A stretch of DNA of 64,000 nt. Origin: an uncultured bacterium. GTDB taxonomy: Bacteria; Vulcanimicrobiota; Xenobia; Xenobiales; Xenobiaceae. Numbering within the stretch: position 1 is the stretch's first letter; the number at the start of each line of letters is the position of its first letter. The stretch lies in NCBI GenBank assembly GCA_934621605.1, contig CAKTUZ010000017.1:1572-65571 (forward strand), read 5' to 3'. A program made the position numbers and the translations under genes. Below the pieces are notes generated by a model. That model was not told where the DNA came from and made no database searches. It saw only the letters and a list, made by a program, of their open reading frames with translations. Below, in pieces: positions 1 through 9,712 of the stretch.

Positions 1-809
1 AAGACCACAATAGTCATTTGCCAATCGCGCCAGAACATCCAGACAAAGCAACCAACTACCATTAAAAAGTTTTTAGTAAACTCGGAAAGTAAACTAAAAA
101 CACCCGAAGCGGTAATAACATCGGTAGTAGAGCGAGAGAGCACTTCACCGGAGCGCATTTTGTCAAAAAATTTGATAGGCAAACGCTGCAGCGAACAAAA
201 AACGTTGTTGCGGAAATCACGTATAGCCAATTGACCGCACTGATCGGTACAATATTTCTGGAAATAGGTGCAAACGCCCATTACTGCCATAACAATCAAG
301 AATAGCAAACAGACATAATTGAGCGTCATAAAAGGATCGCGCCCGTCGTCGTAGCTAAAGAACTGATTGAAGGCAGCTTCCTGAGCACTGACTTTAGTGC
401 TTTCGTCAGAATGACCGCCGTCAACAGGTCCAGATCCAGCCTCTACTAGTTTATCTATTGATCTATCGATATCAGCTTTCGAGGCCCCAGACTCAGCGCC
501 ATTTTCGGCTGAACTGGTGGTGCTTGCTACAAGCTGTCCCTGACCTTGTTTAGCTTTTTCGCCGTAAGGTGTAATACCAGCTTGTTTGAGCTTTTGTTCT
601 TCCGGATGAGGCGATTGGTCTAAAACGGCAGCTATAGCCGGACTGCCTTTGGACATAAGCTCCATAATCCAACCCACAAATTTAGCTTGACACAGACGAG
701 TACCTGTAGCTAACAAATTAAAAAGCAGCGCTATAACGACAATTTTCCAATAAGGCAAGAGATATTTGAGAACTCGTCCCAAAGTCTTAGCTAAATTCTT
801 AAAGCTCAC
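1..809 (-). CDS. ABC exporter (transmembrane domain part), 5' portion; gene continues beyond window start
   Basis: Own translation of the minus strand gives ...SFKNLAKTLGRVLKYLLPYWKIVVIALLFNLLATG (TM1), a ~110-aa hydrophilic loop, then MTLNYVCLLFLIVMAVMGV (TM2) and ...LQRLPIKFFDKMRSGEVLSRSTTDV, which matches the MsbA-type motif (LP..FFD...G.L.SR.T.D). No ATG precedes TM1. A GTG at 809 is the likely start but is unverified. Confidence 0.45.
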   Translation of the reverse strand, partial: MSFKNLAKTLGRVLKYLLPYWKIVVIALLFNLLATGTRLCQAKFVGWIMELMSKGSPAIAAVLDQSPHPEEQKLKQAGITPYGEKAKQGQGQLVASTTSSAENGAESGASKADIDRSIDKLVEAGSGPVDGGHSDESTKVSAQEAAFNQFFSYDDGRDPFMTLNYVCLLFLIVMAVMGVCTYFQKYCTDQCGQLAIRDFRNNVFCSLQRLPIKFFDKMRSGEVLSRSTTDVITASGVFSLLSEFTKNFLMVVGCFVWMFWRDWQMTIVV

Positions 810-944
810 AATAAATACGCTTTCTGATATTTTTGCAGTCCGCAGAAGACAAACGCCTCAAAAGTCTACAACATAGCCGCCCTTTGTCAAGAAGAAGTCA
901 GCCGTTAGCAGGTATTTTTAAGTTCAGTTTGCTAATAAGCGGCC

Positions 945-1898
945 ATGTTTCGCTTTAAGTTGACCAGAGCCGTTTTGCTGGCTGCCGTCGTGTTTGTGGC
1001 TGTGCAGCTTTACTTTATCTTTACGAGCAAAATTGGAGAAATAGGGCCACTCTCTCAAGCGGACAAAAACTTGGTCTTTCAAGGCCACGATAACAAAAAC
1101 TCTTCGGCTGCTTTTTTGTCAGAAATTGAGCCTGAAATAAACGAAACCAACCAAGATAAAAGCCAACCTTTACAACTTCAGCCTACTCCGGGCCAAGATC
1201 CTAAAGGCCAATTTGCCGAATCTACCAAGCAATCTAATACCGGAAATGTAGCTGTCGGTTTTGGTGAAAATGCTCCGCAAAATGTACCTACCCGCGTCGG
1301 TATGCCTCAAGTAAAAAATAATAGCTCAATTTTTGTAGGTTCAATTCCTCAAGCAGCCGACTCAGTAGCAGAAAAAAAAGGCTCTCCTGCCAGCAATTTG
1401 CAACTAAAATCGGCTTTAGGTAATAACTCCAAAGATGCAAAACATGAATTAGACCAAGCCGATTCGGCTCAACTGACTATGCAAATGGCCCAAGCCCACT
1501 TAAAAAATTTACCTACCTCAGCTCAATCTGAAAAGATTAGGCCAGGCTATTCCGATGAGTATATGAAAATGCTGCAGACAAGCAACCGACAGCGTGTTAA
1601 TAACGATTACGAGCGCTGCCTGATTGCCATTATGCTTTTGGAAAAAGCAGGCGGAGAACTAGCTCTGAGTCCGGCCCAGGCCCGTTACATATTAAAGCTG
1701 ATTGAAGAAGCCGAAAATGACAAATATGCCGAAACCAGAGCCAATGAAAAAATAGCGCAACTTCTCAACAAAGAGCAAAAACTTTATATCGATAAAAGTA
1801 TCAGCCGCGAGCCTCTCTATGCCAACGGCCCAGTTGAAGAAGATCCTACCCAAGCCAGCTTGAAGAAAGCTATTGAGGCTCTGGAACAAAACAATTAG
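945..1898 (+). CDS. hypothetical protein with N-terminal TM/signal anchor and a low-complexity Q/N/S-rich middle
   Basis: Long ORF with a hydrophobic N-terminus (AVLLAAVVFVAVQLYFIF). No recognisable catalytic motifs. Confidence 0.5.
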   Translation: MFRFKLTRAVLLAAVVFVAVQLYFIFTSKIGEIGPLSQADKNLVFQGHDNKNSSAAFLSEIEPEINETNQDKSQPLQLQPTPGQDPKGQFAESTKQSNTGNVAVGFGENAPQNVPTRVGMPQVKNNSSIFVGSIPQAADSVAEKKGSPASNLQLKSALGNNSKDAKHELDQADSAQLTMQMAQAHLKNLPTSAQSEKIRPGYSDEYMKMLQTSNRQRVNNDYERCLIAIMLLEKAGGELALSPAQARYILKLIEEAENDKYAETRANEKIAQLLNKEQKLYIDKSISREPLYANGPVEEDPTQASLKKAIEALEQNN

Positions 1899-2874
1899 AC
1901 TGACGGTTTGCCGCTTGTGGATTCAAGCGGACATTTTTCATACCTTGTAAAAATTCTTCTTCGCTGATAATAGCCAGAAGATAACCTTGCTTAATCATTT
2001 GTCTGGCCTTTTGCTCTTTGACGGAAATACTAGCTTTAGCGTGAAGCTTATTACCCAATACCAAATAATCTGTATCTAAATGTATAGAACAATGTACTAT
2101 ACCACCGGTTTTTTCCGCCATTTCAGCTACTAAAGAGCGCGACCCGCAGGAAAATTTGCCGGTAAAACAATATCTAACCCCATTTTGACCGATCTTGGGT
2201 AAAGTACGCGGCCCAGCTTTCCCAGCAGCCACAAGAGCTGAAGCCAATCCATTGGAAGCCGGATGACGAAATTCATGAATATCAGCATTTATCAGTTCTC
2301 CGCAACTGAGCAATTTTTGCAGTAGGCAACGGCAAGCCAATACATCAGAAAAAGCATCATGATGTTTGAGCATATCTATATGGTAATAATTGCATAAAGC
2401 AGCTAGACCAAAACCGTAATTGACTCGCTCTTCATCAGAAAGCTCTTTTTTGGGAGATTTAGCGGAGCGCTGAGGCAAGAGACGTTTAGCCAAAAGCATA
2501 GTGCATAAATAAGGTAAATTATCATCCAGCAAAATGTGATATTTTTCTAAAGAAGCGTTCAAAGCCGAAACATCAAAAATAGCATTATGGGCAACCAAAA
2601 CAGTATTTAAACAATGATCCTTTATAATCGGCCAATATTGAGCAAAAGTAGGCGCATTTTTTACATCCGGATCTTCAATACCATGTATATCTATGCAAAT
2701 AGGAGAAAATCGTTCCTTGGGATTAATCAATGATGAAGCTTCAAAAATGACTTGATCATTACGCACCTCTTGAATAGCAATCTGACAAATGGAGCTAGGC
2801 TGTAAATTAGCCAACTCGACATCAATAACCGTATAGTGATTAAGTTCCATACTATATTTAACCTCAGAAATCAA
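1870..2874 (-). CDS. DnaQ-like 3'-5' exonuclease (DEDDh) fused to a C-terminal BRCT domain
   Basis: N-terminal YTVIDVELANL (Exo I Asp/Glu) ...VLVAHNAIFDVSAL (Exo II) ...H..AFSDV (Exo III). C-terminal FTGKFS..SR..VAEMAEKTGG.V...I...TDYLVLGN is typical of a BRCT domain. Confidence 0.75.
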   Translation of the reverse strand: MISEVKYSMELNHYTVIDVELANLQPSSICQIAIQEVRNDQVIFEASSLINPKERFSPICIDIHGIEDPDVKNAPTFAQYWPIIKDHCLNTVLVAHNAIFDVSALNASLEKYHILLDDNLPYLCTMLLAKRLLPQRSAKSPKKELSDEERVNYGFGLAALCNYYHIDMLKHHDAFSDVLACRCLLQKLLSCGELINADIHEFRHPASNGLASALVAAGKAGPRTLPKIGQNGVRYCFTGKFSCGSRSLVAEMAEKTGGIVHCSIHLDTDYLVLGNKLHAKASISVKEQKARQMIKQGYLLAIISEEEFLQGMKNVRLNPQAANRQSNCFVPEPQ

Positions 2875-2883
2875 ACAAATTGT

Positions 2884-3540
2884 TTAGCTATTGATAGAAT
2901 CTAGTAGATCATTCAGATTACGCATAACTTTTTCCATGCCCGTAGATTGATTGGAAACGACACAACGACGCATAGTATTACCTTTTTTGAAATCGCTGAT
3001 AGTACGCTCAACTTCTTCGAGCGGTTCAATAAATTTTATACTTAAATTATGCAAAAAGAGTAAACCGGCCACAAAATTCATGGCAGCCATAAATACAATC
3101 CCCCAAGCTCCGGTGCGTCCCATATGTTCAGCTTGTTTAATGGAATCATGCATAGCCTTTTGATTTAGCCTTTCCAGCTGAACTACAGCATCAACTACAA
3201 TATTAAATTCCAATTTTTTACTGTCGAAAGCGGCCTTATAATTTTGCTTGATAATATCGATATAGTTTTGCTCGCCTTCCTCGCTGACGCAGCTTTCTGC
3301 TTCCCATAAAAAATGTTCAAACTGGGGTTGAGCTTTTACCCTAGTAATAAGTCCACTATTCTCTTGGGTAAGCATAGCCATCATGCCCATAGAAGCATGG
3401 ATAGTCGTCTCATTATTAGCCATTACCGCTTCTATAGAAGGCAGCATACGGGCAAAAATCCAAATACAGCAGTAAGCAACGGCCAAATTGAAAAGTATAA
3501 AGCACCAAATGCTTATTTTGATTGATTTTGCGATTTTCAT
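2884..3540 (-). CDS. small membrane protein with two TM helices flanking a periplasmic sensor-like domain (no output domain)
   Basis: Topology inferred from hydrophobic segments (IWCFILFNLAVAYCCIWIF and AWGIVFMAAMNFVAGLLFL). No kinase or MCP signalling domain is present. Confidence 0.4.
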   Translation of the reverse strand: MKIAKSIKISIWCFILFNLAVAYCCIWIFARMLPSIEAVMANNETTIHASMGMMAMLTQENSGLITRVKAQPQFEHFLWEAESCVSEEGEQNYIDIIKQNYKAAFDSKKLEFNIVVDAVVQLERLNQKAMHDSIKQAEHMGRTGAWGIVFMAAMNFVAGLLFLHNLSIKFIEPLEEVERTISDFKKGNTMRRCVVSNQSTGMEKVMRNLNDLLDSINS

Positions 3541-3571
3541 TTTTCAACCTCAGCAGCTATCCGTTACAAAA

Positions 3572-5605
3572 TTATGTCAAAGGAATACGCTCTTGGGGAT
3601 AACCTACTTCATGTTTTACCGATTTCTCGTCAGCCATAACGGCAAAAATGGAAATGGGCCCGATTCTACCACAAAACATCGTAAACATAATGATAATTTT
3701 GCCAATTTCGTCCAACTGTGAAGTGGCTCCCAAACTCATACCCACAGTACCCAAAGCGGAAACGGCTTCAAAAATTAACAGCCTAGGAGCTATTGTTTGA
3801 GTCATAAAAAGCAAGGTTAAAACAGTGGCTAAAGTGAGCATAAAGGCCATCAAAATGGTAATTGTACGTCTAACTACATCGTACGGTATCAAACGACGGC
3901 GACAGACAACTTCTTTTTCTTGATTCAAATCAGTCCAAAAAGCCAAAAACATAATAGCTACCGTAACTGTTTTCATGCCGCCTGCAGTACCTCCAGGGCA
4001 ACCACCTATAAGCATGAAAACAAGTGTCATAATTGTACTCAACGGGCCTAAAGTGCTGACATCAACAGCATTAAAACCGGCTGTTCGACCTACGGCTGCC
4101 ATAAAAAAAGCGTTATTCAACTTATCCAGCGGCGTCAGCTGGGCAAAAATGCCGTTCCATTCCCAAGATAAATAAGCTACAGTGCCTAAAAGCAGTAAAA
4201 AAGCTGTGGTCACTAAAGCTAAAAAACTTGCCAAAGAGATATGACGACGCCTAAACCATAAAGGTAAAGCCAAAAAAGTTAAAGGTGACATACCACCAAA
4301 AATAACCAACAAAGCCACAGTATACAATATACCGGGCACATGCACATAATTGACCAAATTGCCACTTTCCGGAGCCATGCCAGCGTTGCAAAAAGCAGAA
4401 ACGGCCAAAAAGACTGCTTTTCCCAAAGCATCCGGGAAGGGCACCCCCTGCCCCATAAGACAAGCAGTCATAACCGCCGCCCCAATACTTTCCAGTACAA
4501 AAACGTAAATAACGATAATATAAAGGGAACGTATAAGGTTGGGGCCACTTTCAGTTTCAGAAAAATAGGCCAACAGACGCTCATGACGTAAGCTGAGCCT
4601 GCGTCCCATGGCATGCATAGCCAAAGAGGCTGTACCCATCATGCCTAAACCACCCAGTTGCACCAATATGACAAAAAATATTTTGCCGTAAACAGTAAAA
4701 TCATGTTCTAAGTCCAAACAAGTTAAACCGGTGACACAAGAAGCGCTTACAGCCATAAAAGCCGCGTCAATATAATTCAAGTTGTGAGCAGAGGCAATGG
4801 GCAAATAAAGTAGAATGGAACCAACTGTACAAAGAAGCACGAAAGTCAAAAGTAAAAAACGAGCGGGGCGATTGAGAAAAAAGTCCAAACCGAAATCTTC
4901 GCGCAACTTCAAATTGCCATAACTGTTGACAAAAAAAACATCCAAAAAAATAGTCAACGCCAGACAAGTAACGGTCAGCCAAGTACCCTGGGCGATAAAG
5001 CTTAAGCAAATGGAGAAAAAGCACACTAAAACGACAGTTTTAGGAAAACGCGACTTTAATTTCAATGACCATTTATAAAAAATCAGCTGACAGATTAAGC
5101 CTCCGCAAGCACATAAAGACAATCCCAATCGATTTTCTAAACCGCACAAAAACCAAGTAATAAAAAATAAGCCTACAAAGCCGCCTACAGCACCGCCTAT
5201 CGATTCTATGCCGGTTTGCTTGGAAAGCTGAGCCTGCAACTTGCTTTTGCCTCGGTAGTGAATTACGCCATTAACCAAAACAGAAACAGCCACAAAAACT
5301 GTTAAAGCCGAAAAGGGATCACTAAAAAGATAGCGCCAAGCAGCGCCTACACAAGCCAAAGCGTCAGCTAAGGCCAAATATTTACCTAAGCGTGGCTGTT
5401 TATCCCAAAATAGGCCAATCAGAACTGTAAATACAAGCGTAAGGATAGCGCAAGTGGTTCTGAACAGAGAGATAGCACCGTCATCTAAGTCAAGCCCCAA
5501 AAATATAAAAGCTAACGGAGCCAAAACCATAGCCGCACTGCTAAAAGCCGAGCCGTTGGCTGCTTCGCCAAAACGAGTGTATATGGCCGTAAGTTTTTTT
5601 AGCAT
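3572..5605 (-). CDS. trkH: TrkH/KtrB-family K+ transporter membrane subunit
   Basis: Multi-pass membrane protein with repeated selectivity-filter-like GLGMMG and CNAG/GGTAGG segments. Immediately followed by a TrkA-type NAD-binding gene. Confidence 0.75.
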   Translation of the reverse strand: MLKKLTAIYTRFGEAANGSAFSSAAMVLAPLAFIFLGLDLDDGAISLFRTTCAILTLVFTVLIGLFWDKQPRLGKYLALADALACVGAAWRYLFSDPFSALTVFVAVSVLVNGVIHYRGKSKLQAQLSKQTGIESIGGAVGGFVGLFFITWFLCGLENRLGLSLCACGGLICQLIFYKWSLKLKSRFPKTVVLVCFFSICLSFIAQGTWLTVTCLALTIFLDVFFVNSYGNLKLREDFGLDFFLNRPARFLLLTFVLLCTVGSILLYLPIASAHNLNYIDAAFMAVSASCVTGLTCLDLEHDFTVYGKIFFVILVQLGGLGMMGTASLAMHAMGRRLSLRHERLLAYFSETESGPNLIRSLYIIVIYVFVLESIGAAVMTACLMGQGVPFPDALGKAVFLAVSAFCNAGMAPESGNLVNYVHVPGILYTVALLVIFGGMSPLTFLALPLWFRRRHISLASFLALVTTAFLLLLGTVAYLSWEWNGIFAQLTPLDKLNNAFFMAAVGRTAGFNAVDVSTLGPLSTIMTLVFMLIGGCPGGTAGGMKTVTVAIMFLAFWTDLNQEKEVVCRRRLIPYDVVRRTITILMAFMLTLATVLTLLFMTQTIAPRLLIFEAVSALGTVGMSLGATSQLDEIGKIIIMFTMFCGRIGPISIFAVMADEKSVKHEVGYPQERIPLT

Positions 5606-5617
5606 AACTCAGTAATT

Positions 5618-6283
5618 TTAACGGAAATTTTTTTGCAATTCAGCGATAGCCCGTTCATTAGAAACGATGATCAACCTATCGTCAGCTCTTAAGGGAATGC
5701 TAGGATTGGGATGAATAATTTTAGAAGGATCTTCGTAGCTGCGAATGCCGGCTACCATAACTTCAAAACGCTTAGGCAATTCTAGTTCAATTAAATTTTT
5801 ACCTACCATACCAGGCTGTACTCTAATTTCAGTTAGCAAACAATCGTCTCCGAGATCAGTATCAACTACCATATTACGGTTAATTAAACGAGTGGCAAAA
5901 CGACGACCGAATTCTCGCTCGGGGTTAATTACCAAATGGGCTCCCACAGCTTTAAGGATACGCTTATGTACTGAGTCACGCGCCCGAGCAACAATAAAAG
6001 GCGCCCCTAACTGGCTCAATAAAGCTGTACAAATAATCGAATCTTCTTTAGAGCCTTCGCCAATAGCACAAACAGCAGCATCGCGCTTGGAGGGCTCGAG
6101 CCTAGACATGTCGGTTTCGTCAATTACCCTAATTTGCATAGCGTCGGCTACGAAAAGGGAAGCTTCTTCCACTAAAGCTAAATCCTGGTCTACAGCCAAA
6201 ACCTCCACTCCCTTTTCGGAAAGCGTTCTGGCCAAGGACATGCCGAATTGGCCTAAGCCTATAATAAGAATCTGCTGGCTCAT
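5618..6283 (-). CDS. trkA: TrkA/KtrA K+ uptake regulatory subunit (RCK_N NAD-binding + RCK_C)
   Basis: ILIIGLGQFGMSLARTL Rossmann GxGxxG motif. The start was moved to the internal MSQQILIIG; the ORF-track start at 6337 adds 18 unlikely residues. Confidence 0.75.
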   Translation of the reverse strand: MSQQILIIGLGQFGMSLARTLSEKGVEVLAVDQDLALVEEASLFVADAMQIRVIDETDMSRLEPSKRDAAVCAIGEGSKEDSIICTALLSQLGAPFIVARARDSVHKRILKAVGAHLVINPEREFGRRFATRLINRNMVVDTDLGDDCLLTEIRVQPGMVGKNLIELELPKRFEVMVAGIRSYEDPSKIIHPNPSIPLRADDRLIIVSNERAIAELQKNFR

Positions 6284-6462
6284 AGAAATGTTCCCTTCAC
6301 CGCTGCCGCTAAAAAATAAAACCTGGCTCAAATCCAAACCGAGCCAAGATTACGATTTATTACAACCTTACAATCGACGTCGAGGAGCTTCTGCTGTTTG
6401 AGGCACTAAACCTCTCTAAAGAAAGTATCCGTTTTGAGCAGGCTAAGAATTGAAAGAGACGG

Positions 6463-8568
6463 GTGGCAGGAAAAGAAACGCAACTAATGGGAAATATCGA
6501 TACTATGATGAATTTTAAGTTTTCCGCTTTACTACTTAGTGTAGCCGTTGCTTTAGCTCTACCTTCTTTGAGCCATGCCGACGAAGGTATGTTCCCTTTC
6601 AACGCTCCTCCCAAAACCCAATTAGCTCAGAAATATCATTTTAACCTGAGTGATCAATGGCTTAATCAAGCTATGCATGCCGCTGTGCGCTTTAATAACG
6701 GCGGATCCGGAGGTTTTATTTCTCCTGAAGGCTTAGTTATTACCAATCATCATATAGCTGATGAAACTCTTTCCGAACTGAGCACTCCTGAGCGCAATTT
6801 AATTGCTACAGGTTTTTTGGCTCGAACCAGAGCCCAAGAGCTGAAAGCCCCCAACTTAGAGATAAATTGCTTGCAATCTATTACCGATGTTACCGAGCAA
6901 GTAAATGCTTCCATTACCCCTAAGATGAGCGCCGAAGAAGCTGCCTCAGTTCGCAAAGCCAATATTGCCCGAATAGAGCAAGAAGCCAATCGACGCACTA
7001 AACTGCGCTGCGATGTGGTAACGCTCTATCAAGGCGGACAATATTGTCTTTATATCTATAAAAAATACACTGATGTGCGTTTAGTGTGGGCTCCCGAACA
7101 AGACGTAGCTTTCTTCGGCGGCGATGCGGACAATTTCGAGTATCCGCGCACTTGCCTAGATGCTACCATTTTCCGCGTCTATGAAAACGGCCAACCGGTA
7201 AAACCGCAACATTATTTTGCTATCAATCCTCAGGGGGCGACCGAAAACGACTTGGTCTTTGTGATAGGCCATCCTGGTACTACCAATCGTCTGGAAACTT
7301 ACGCTCAGACCGTACACACACGCAACTTCAGTCTGCCTTATCGTTTGGCCAGAGCCAGAGCTATGGAAGCGGCTTATTTACAATTTGCCGAACGTTCTCC
7401 AGAAAATGCCAGGCGCATAAATAACGATATACGCTCTATTGCCAATTCGCGCAAAGCCTATACTGGCATGTATCAAGGGCTGTGTCAAACTTCCATTATG
7501 GAGCGCAAAAAGGCTCAGGAAGACAAGTTACGCAGTTTAGTAAAAGATCAGACTCCCTGGCAAGAGATAGAAGAAGCTTGCCAAAAAGCTTGCTTAATCG
7601 AAGAACCTTACAATCTTTTGGAGCGAGCTGACGCCTACCCCAGTCCCTTATTCTCCATAGCCAGACATATTGTCCGTTTGGCTCGCGAAAAAGATAACGC
7701 GAAGCTCCACTTGCCAGAATATAATTCGACTAAGCTCGATTCGCTCAGACAGAAACTTTTTTCACCTGCCCCTATTTACGCCGATGTAGAAAAAGCTCGT
7801 CTCAACGCCAGCTTCTCCTTCTTGGCCGAGCGTTTGGGAGCTGATAACGCTCAAGTACAAACTGTATTGCAAGGTCAAAGTCCGGCCGATCGAGCTGGCT
7901 ACTTAGTAGACAATTGCCGTTTGGCTGATGTACAAGAGAGGCAACGTTTAGCCAAGCTCAGTTTGTCGGAATTAGAAAAATCAGACGACGCCATGATCCA
8001 GCTGGCTCTAGCTGTAGATAATGAAGCTCGCCAAGTGCGCCAAGCTTATGAGAAAATTTTTAAAGCTCCCTCAGTTCAAGCTTATGCCAAAATAGCTTCC
8101 GAGCGTTTTAATCTTGACCAAGGAGCCACTCCTCCGGATGCCACCTTTACTTTACGACTCTCTTACGGTATGGTGAAGGGTTATCAAGATGGTAGCCAAG
8201 CAGTAAATTGGCGTACTACTTTGGGCGATCTATACGAACGCGCCGATTCACATCAGAATACGATTCCTTTCCAAGTGCCTCAATCTTGGCGCACTCATCA
8301 GGCAGAAGTCGATCCCAATACCAATATGGTTTTTGTGGCTACTTCTGATACTATCGGCGGCAACTCCGGCAGTCCGGTGCTCAATACCCAAGGCGAATTG
8401 ATCGGTCTTAATTTTGATCGCAACCAATTTGGTATGGTGCGCAACTTTGTCTATGACGAAGTAAAAGCCCGCCATATTTCGGTAGCTTCTCCGGCTATTT
8501 TAGAAGCTCTGCGTCACGTTTACCATGCTGACGAATTACTTAAAGAGCTTATTCCTAACTCCAAATAA
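6463..8568 (+). CDS. S46 family dipeptidyl-peptidase (DPP7/DPP11-like), secreted
   Basis: Signal peptide (FSALLLSVAVALALPSLSHA). Chymotrypsin-fold catalytic triad regions ITNHHI ... GGNSGSPVLNTQGELIGLNFDRNQFGM are typical of S46. The start is possibly at the internal MMNFKF (~6508). Confidence 0.75.
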   Translation: MAGKETQLMGNIDTMMNFKFSALLLSVAVALALPSLSHADEGMFPFNAPPKTQLAQKYHFNLSDQWLNQAMHAAVRFNNGGSGGFISPEGLVITNHHIADETLSELSTPERNLIATGFLARTRAQELKAPNLEINCLQSITDVTEQVNASITPKMSAEEAASVRKANIARIEQEANRRTKLRCDVVTLYQGGQYCLYIYKKYTDVRLVWAPEQDVAFFGGDADNFEYPRTCLDATIFRVYENGQPVKPQHYFAINPQGATENDLVFVIGHPGTTNRLETYAQTVHTRNFSLPYRLARARAMEAAYLQFAERSPENARRINNDIRSIANSRKAYTGMYQGLCQTSIMERKKAQEDKLRSLVKDQTPWQEIEEACQKACLIEEPYNLLERADAYPSPLFSIARHIVRLAREKDNAKLHLPEYNSTKLDSLRQKLFSPAPIYADVEKARLNASFSFLAERLGADNAQVQTVLQGQSPADRAGYLVDNCRLADVQERQRLAKLSLSELEKSDDAMIQLALAVDNEARQVRQAYEKIFKAPSVQAYAKIASERFNLDQGATPPDATFTLRLSYGMVKGYQDGSQAVNWRTTLGDLYERADSHQNTIPFQVPQSWRTHQAEVDPNTNMVFVATSDTIGGNSGSPVLNTQGELIGLNFDRNQFGMVRNFVYDEVKARHISVASPAILEALRHVYHADELLKELIPNSK

Positions 8569-8596
8569 CCCTAATTGACTTTTATCGACAAAATGG

Positions 8597-8658
8597 ATAC
8601 AGCCGTTTTTTCTGAGTGCTCCGCTAAACGAAAACTACTCCCTAAAAACGGCTGTATT
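8597..8658. terminator. candidate bidirectional terminator between convergent S46 peptidase and ruvB
   Basis: ATACAGCCGTTTTT (8597-8610) is perfectly complementary to AAAAACGGCTGTAT (8645-8658) and flanked by T/A runs. The loop is long (34 nt), so this is tentative. Confidence 0.35.
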
Positions 8659-8677
8659 TTCTGTGTGAAAGCACCAC

Positions 8678-9706
8678 TTAATCTAAAGCTCCGTCAGCAG
8701 CTGGAAACGGTTCCAGTCCTAAATGCTCGTAAGCTTTAGGGCCAGCCACTCGACCACGCGGAGTCTTTAACAAGAAACCGGAGGCCAAAAGATAAGGTTC
8801 ATAAACATCTTCCAAATTGTCCGGTTCTTCGCCTATAGCTGCCGCCAAAGTTGTTAATCCCACCGGCTGCCCTTTATAAGTGTTGATAAGAATATCTAAA
8901 ATGCGCCTATCGATAGAATCGAGACCACAGGAATCAATAGACATACGCTCCAGAGCGTAAGCAGCAATTTCAGCCGTAATTTGCTTTTCTCCCTCAACTT
9001 GAGCAAAATCACGCACACGCTTAATTAAACGATTGGCAATACGCGGAGTTCCCCGACAGCGGCGAGCAATTTCCAAGCTACCTCCCTTATCGATACTTAT
9101 ATCCAGTAAAGAAGCGGAACGACGTACAATCTTGGCCAATTCGTCAAGAGTATAAAAATTTAGTTGCATTAAAATGCCGAAACGGGAGCGCAGAGGAGCA
9201 GACAGAGCTCCGGAACGAGTGGTAGCTCCCACCAAAGTAAAGGGAGCTACTCGATGCTGAATAGCGCCTTTGGAATTGCCTTTGCTAATAATGCGGTCAA
9301 ACGAGAGATCTTCCATAACTGGATAAAGTATTTCTTCGACTACATGGGAAAGGCGATGTATCTCATCTATAAATAGTACTTGGCGAGGCCTAAGTCCGTG
9401 CAAAAGTACCAAAAGATCGATAGGCCGGGAAATAGCCGGACCGGAGGTAGCCCGCATTTCCACCCCCATCTCTGAAGCGACTAATTGAGCTAAAGTAGTT
9501 TTACCCAAACCGGGCGGGCCAGAAAGCAAAATATGATCCAAAGGTTCCCGACGCTGGGAGGCCGCTTTAATAAAAACGCGCAAATTTTCCACAATGTCAG
9601 TTTGGCCCACATATTCGGCTATATTGTGGGGGCGTAAACTCTTTTCATTTTCGCTCTCTTCGACAGAGGTTTGACGAGGCGAAAGCTGACGAGGCAAATT
9701 AAACAT
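8678..9706 (-). CDS. ruvB: Holliday junction branch migration ATPase RuvB
   Basis: LLSGPPGLGKTTLAQ Walker A and VLFIDEIHRL Walker B. Overall collinearity with RuvB. Confidence 0.9.
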   Translation of the reverse strand: MFNLPRQLSPRQTSVEESENEKSLRPHNIAEYVGQTDIVENLRVFIKAASQRREPLDHILLSGPPGLGKTTLAQLVASEMGVEMRATSGPAISRPIDLLVLLHGLRPRQVLFIDEIHRLSHVVEEILYPVMEDLSFDRIISKGNSKGAIQHRVAPFTLVGATTRSGALSAPLRSRFGILMQLNFYTLDELAKIVRRSASLLDISIDKGGSLEIARRCRGTPRIANRLIKRVRDFAQVEGEKQITAEIAAYALERMSIDSCGLDSIDRRILDILINTYKGQPVGLTTLAAAIGEEPDNLEDVYEPYLLASGFLLKTPRGRVAGPKAYEHLGLEPFPAADGALD

Positions 9707-9712
9707 AAACCT

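Noticed and set aside
5745-6401. 218-aa plus-strand ORF
   Set aside because: It is antisense to trkA, serine/arginine-rich and low-complexity, so likely spurious.
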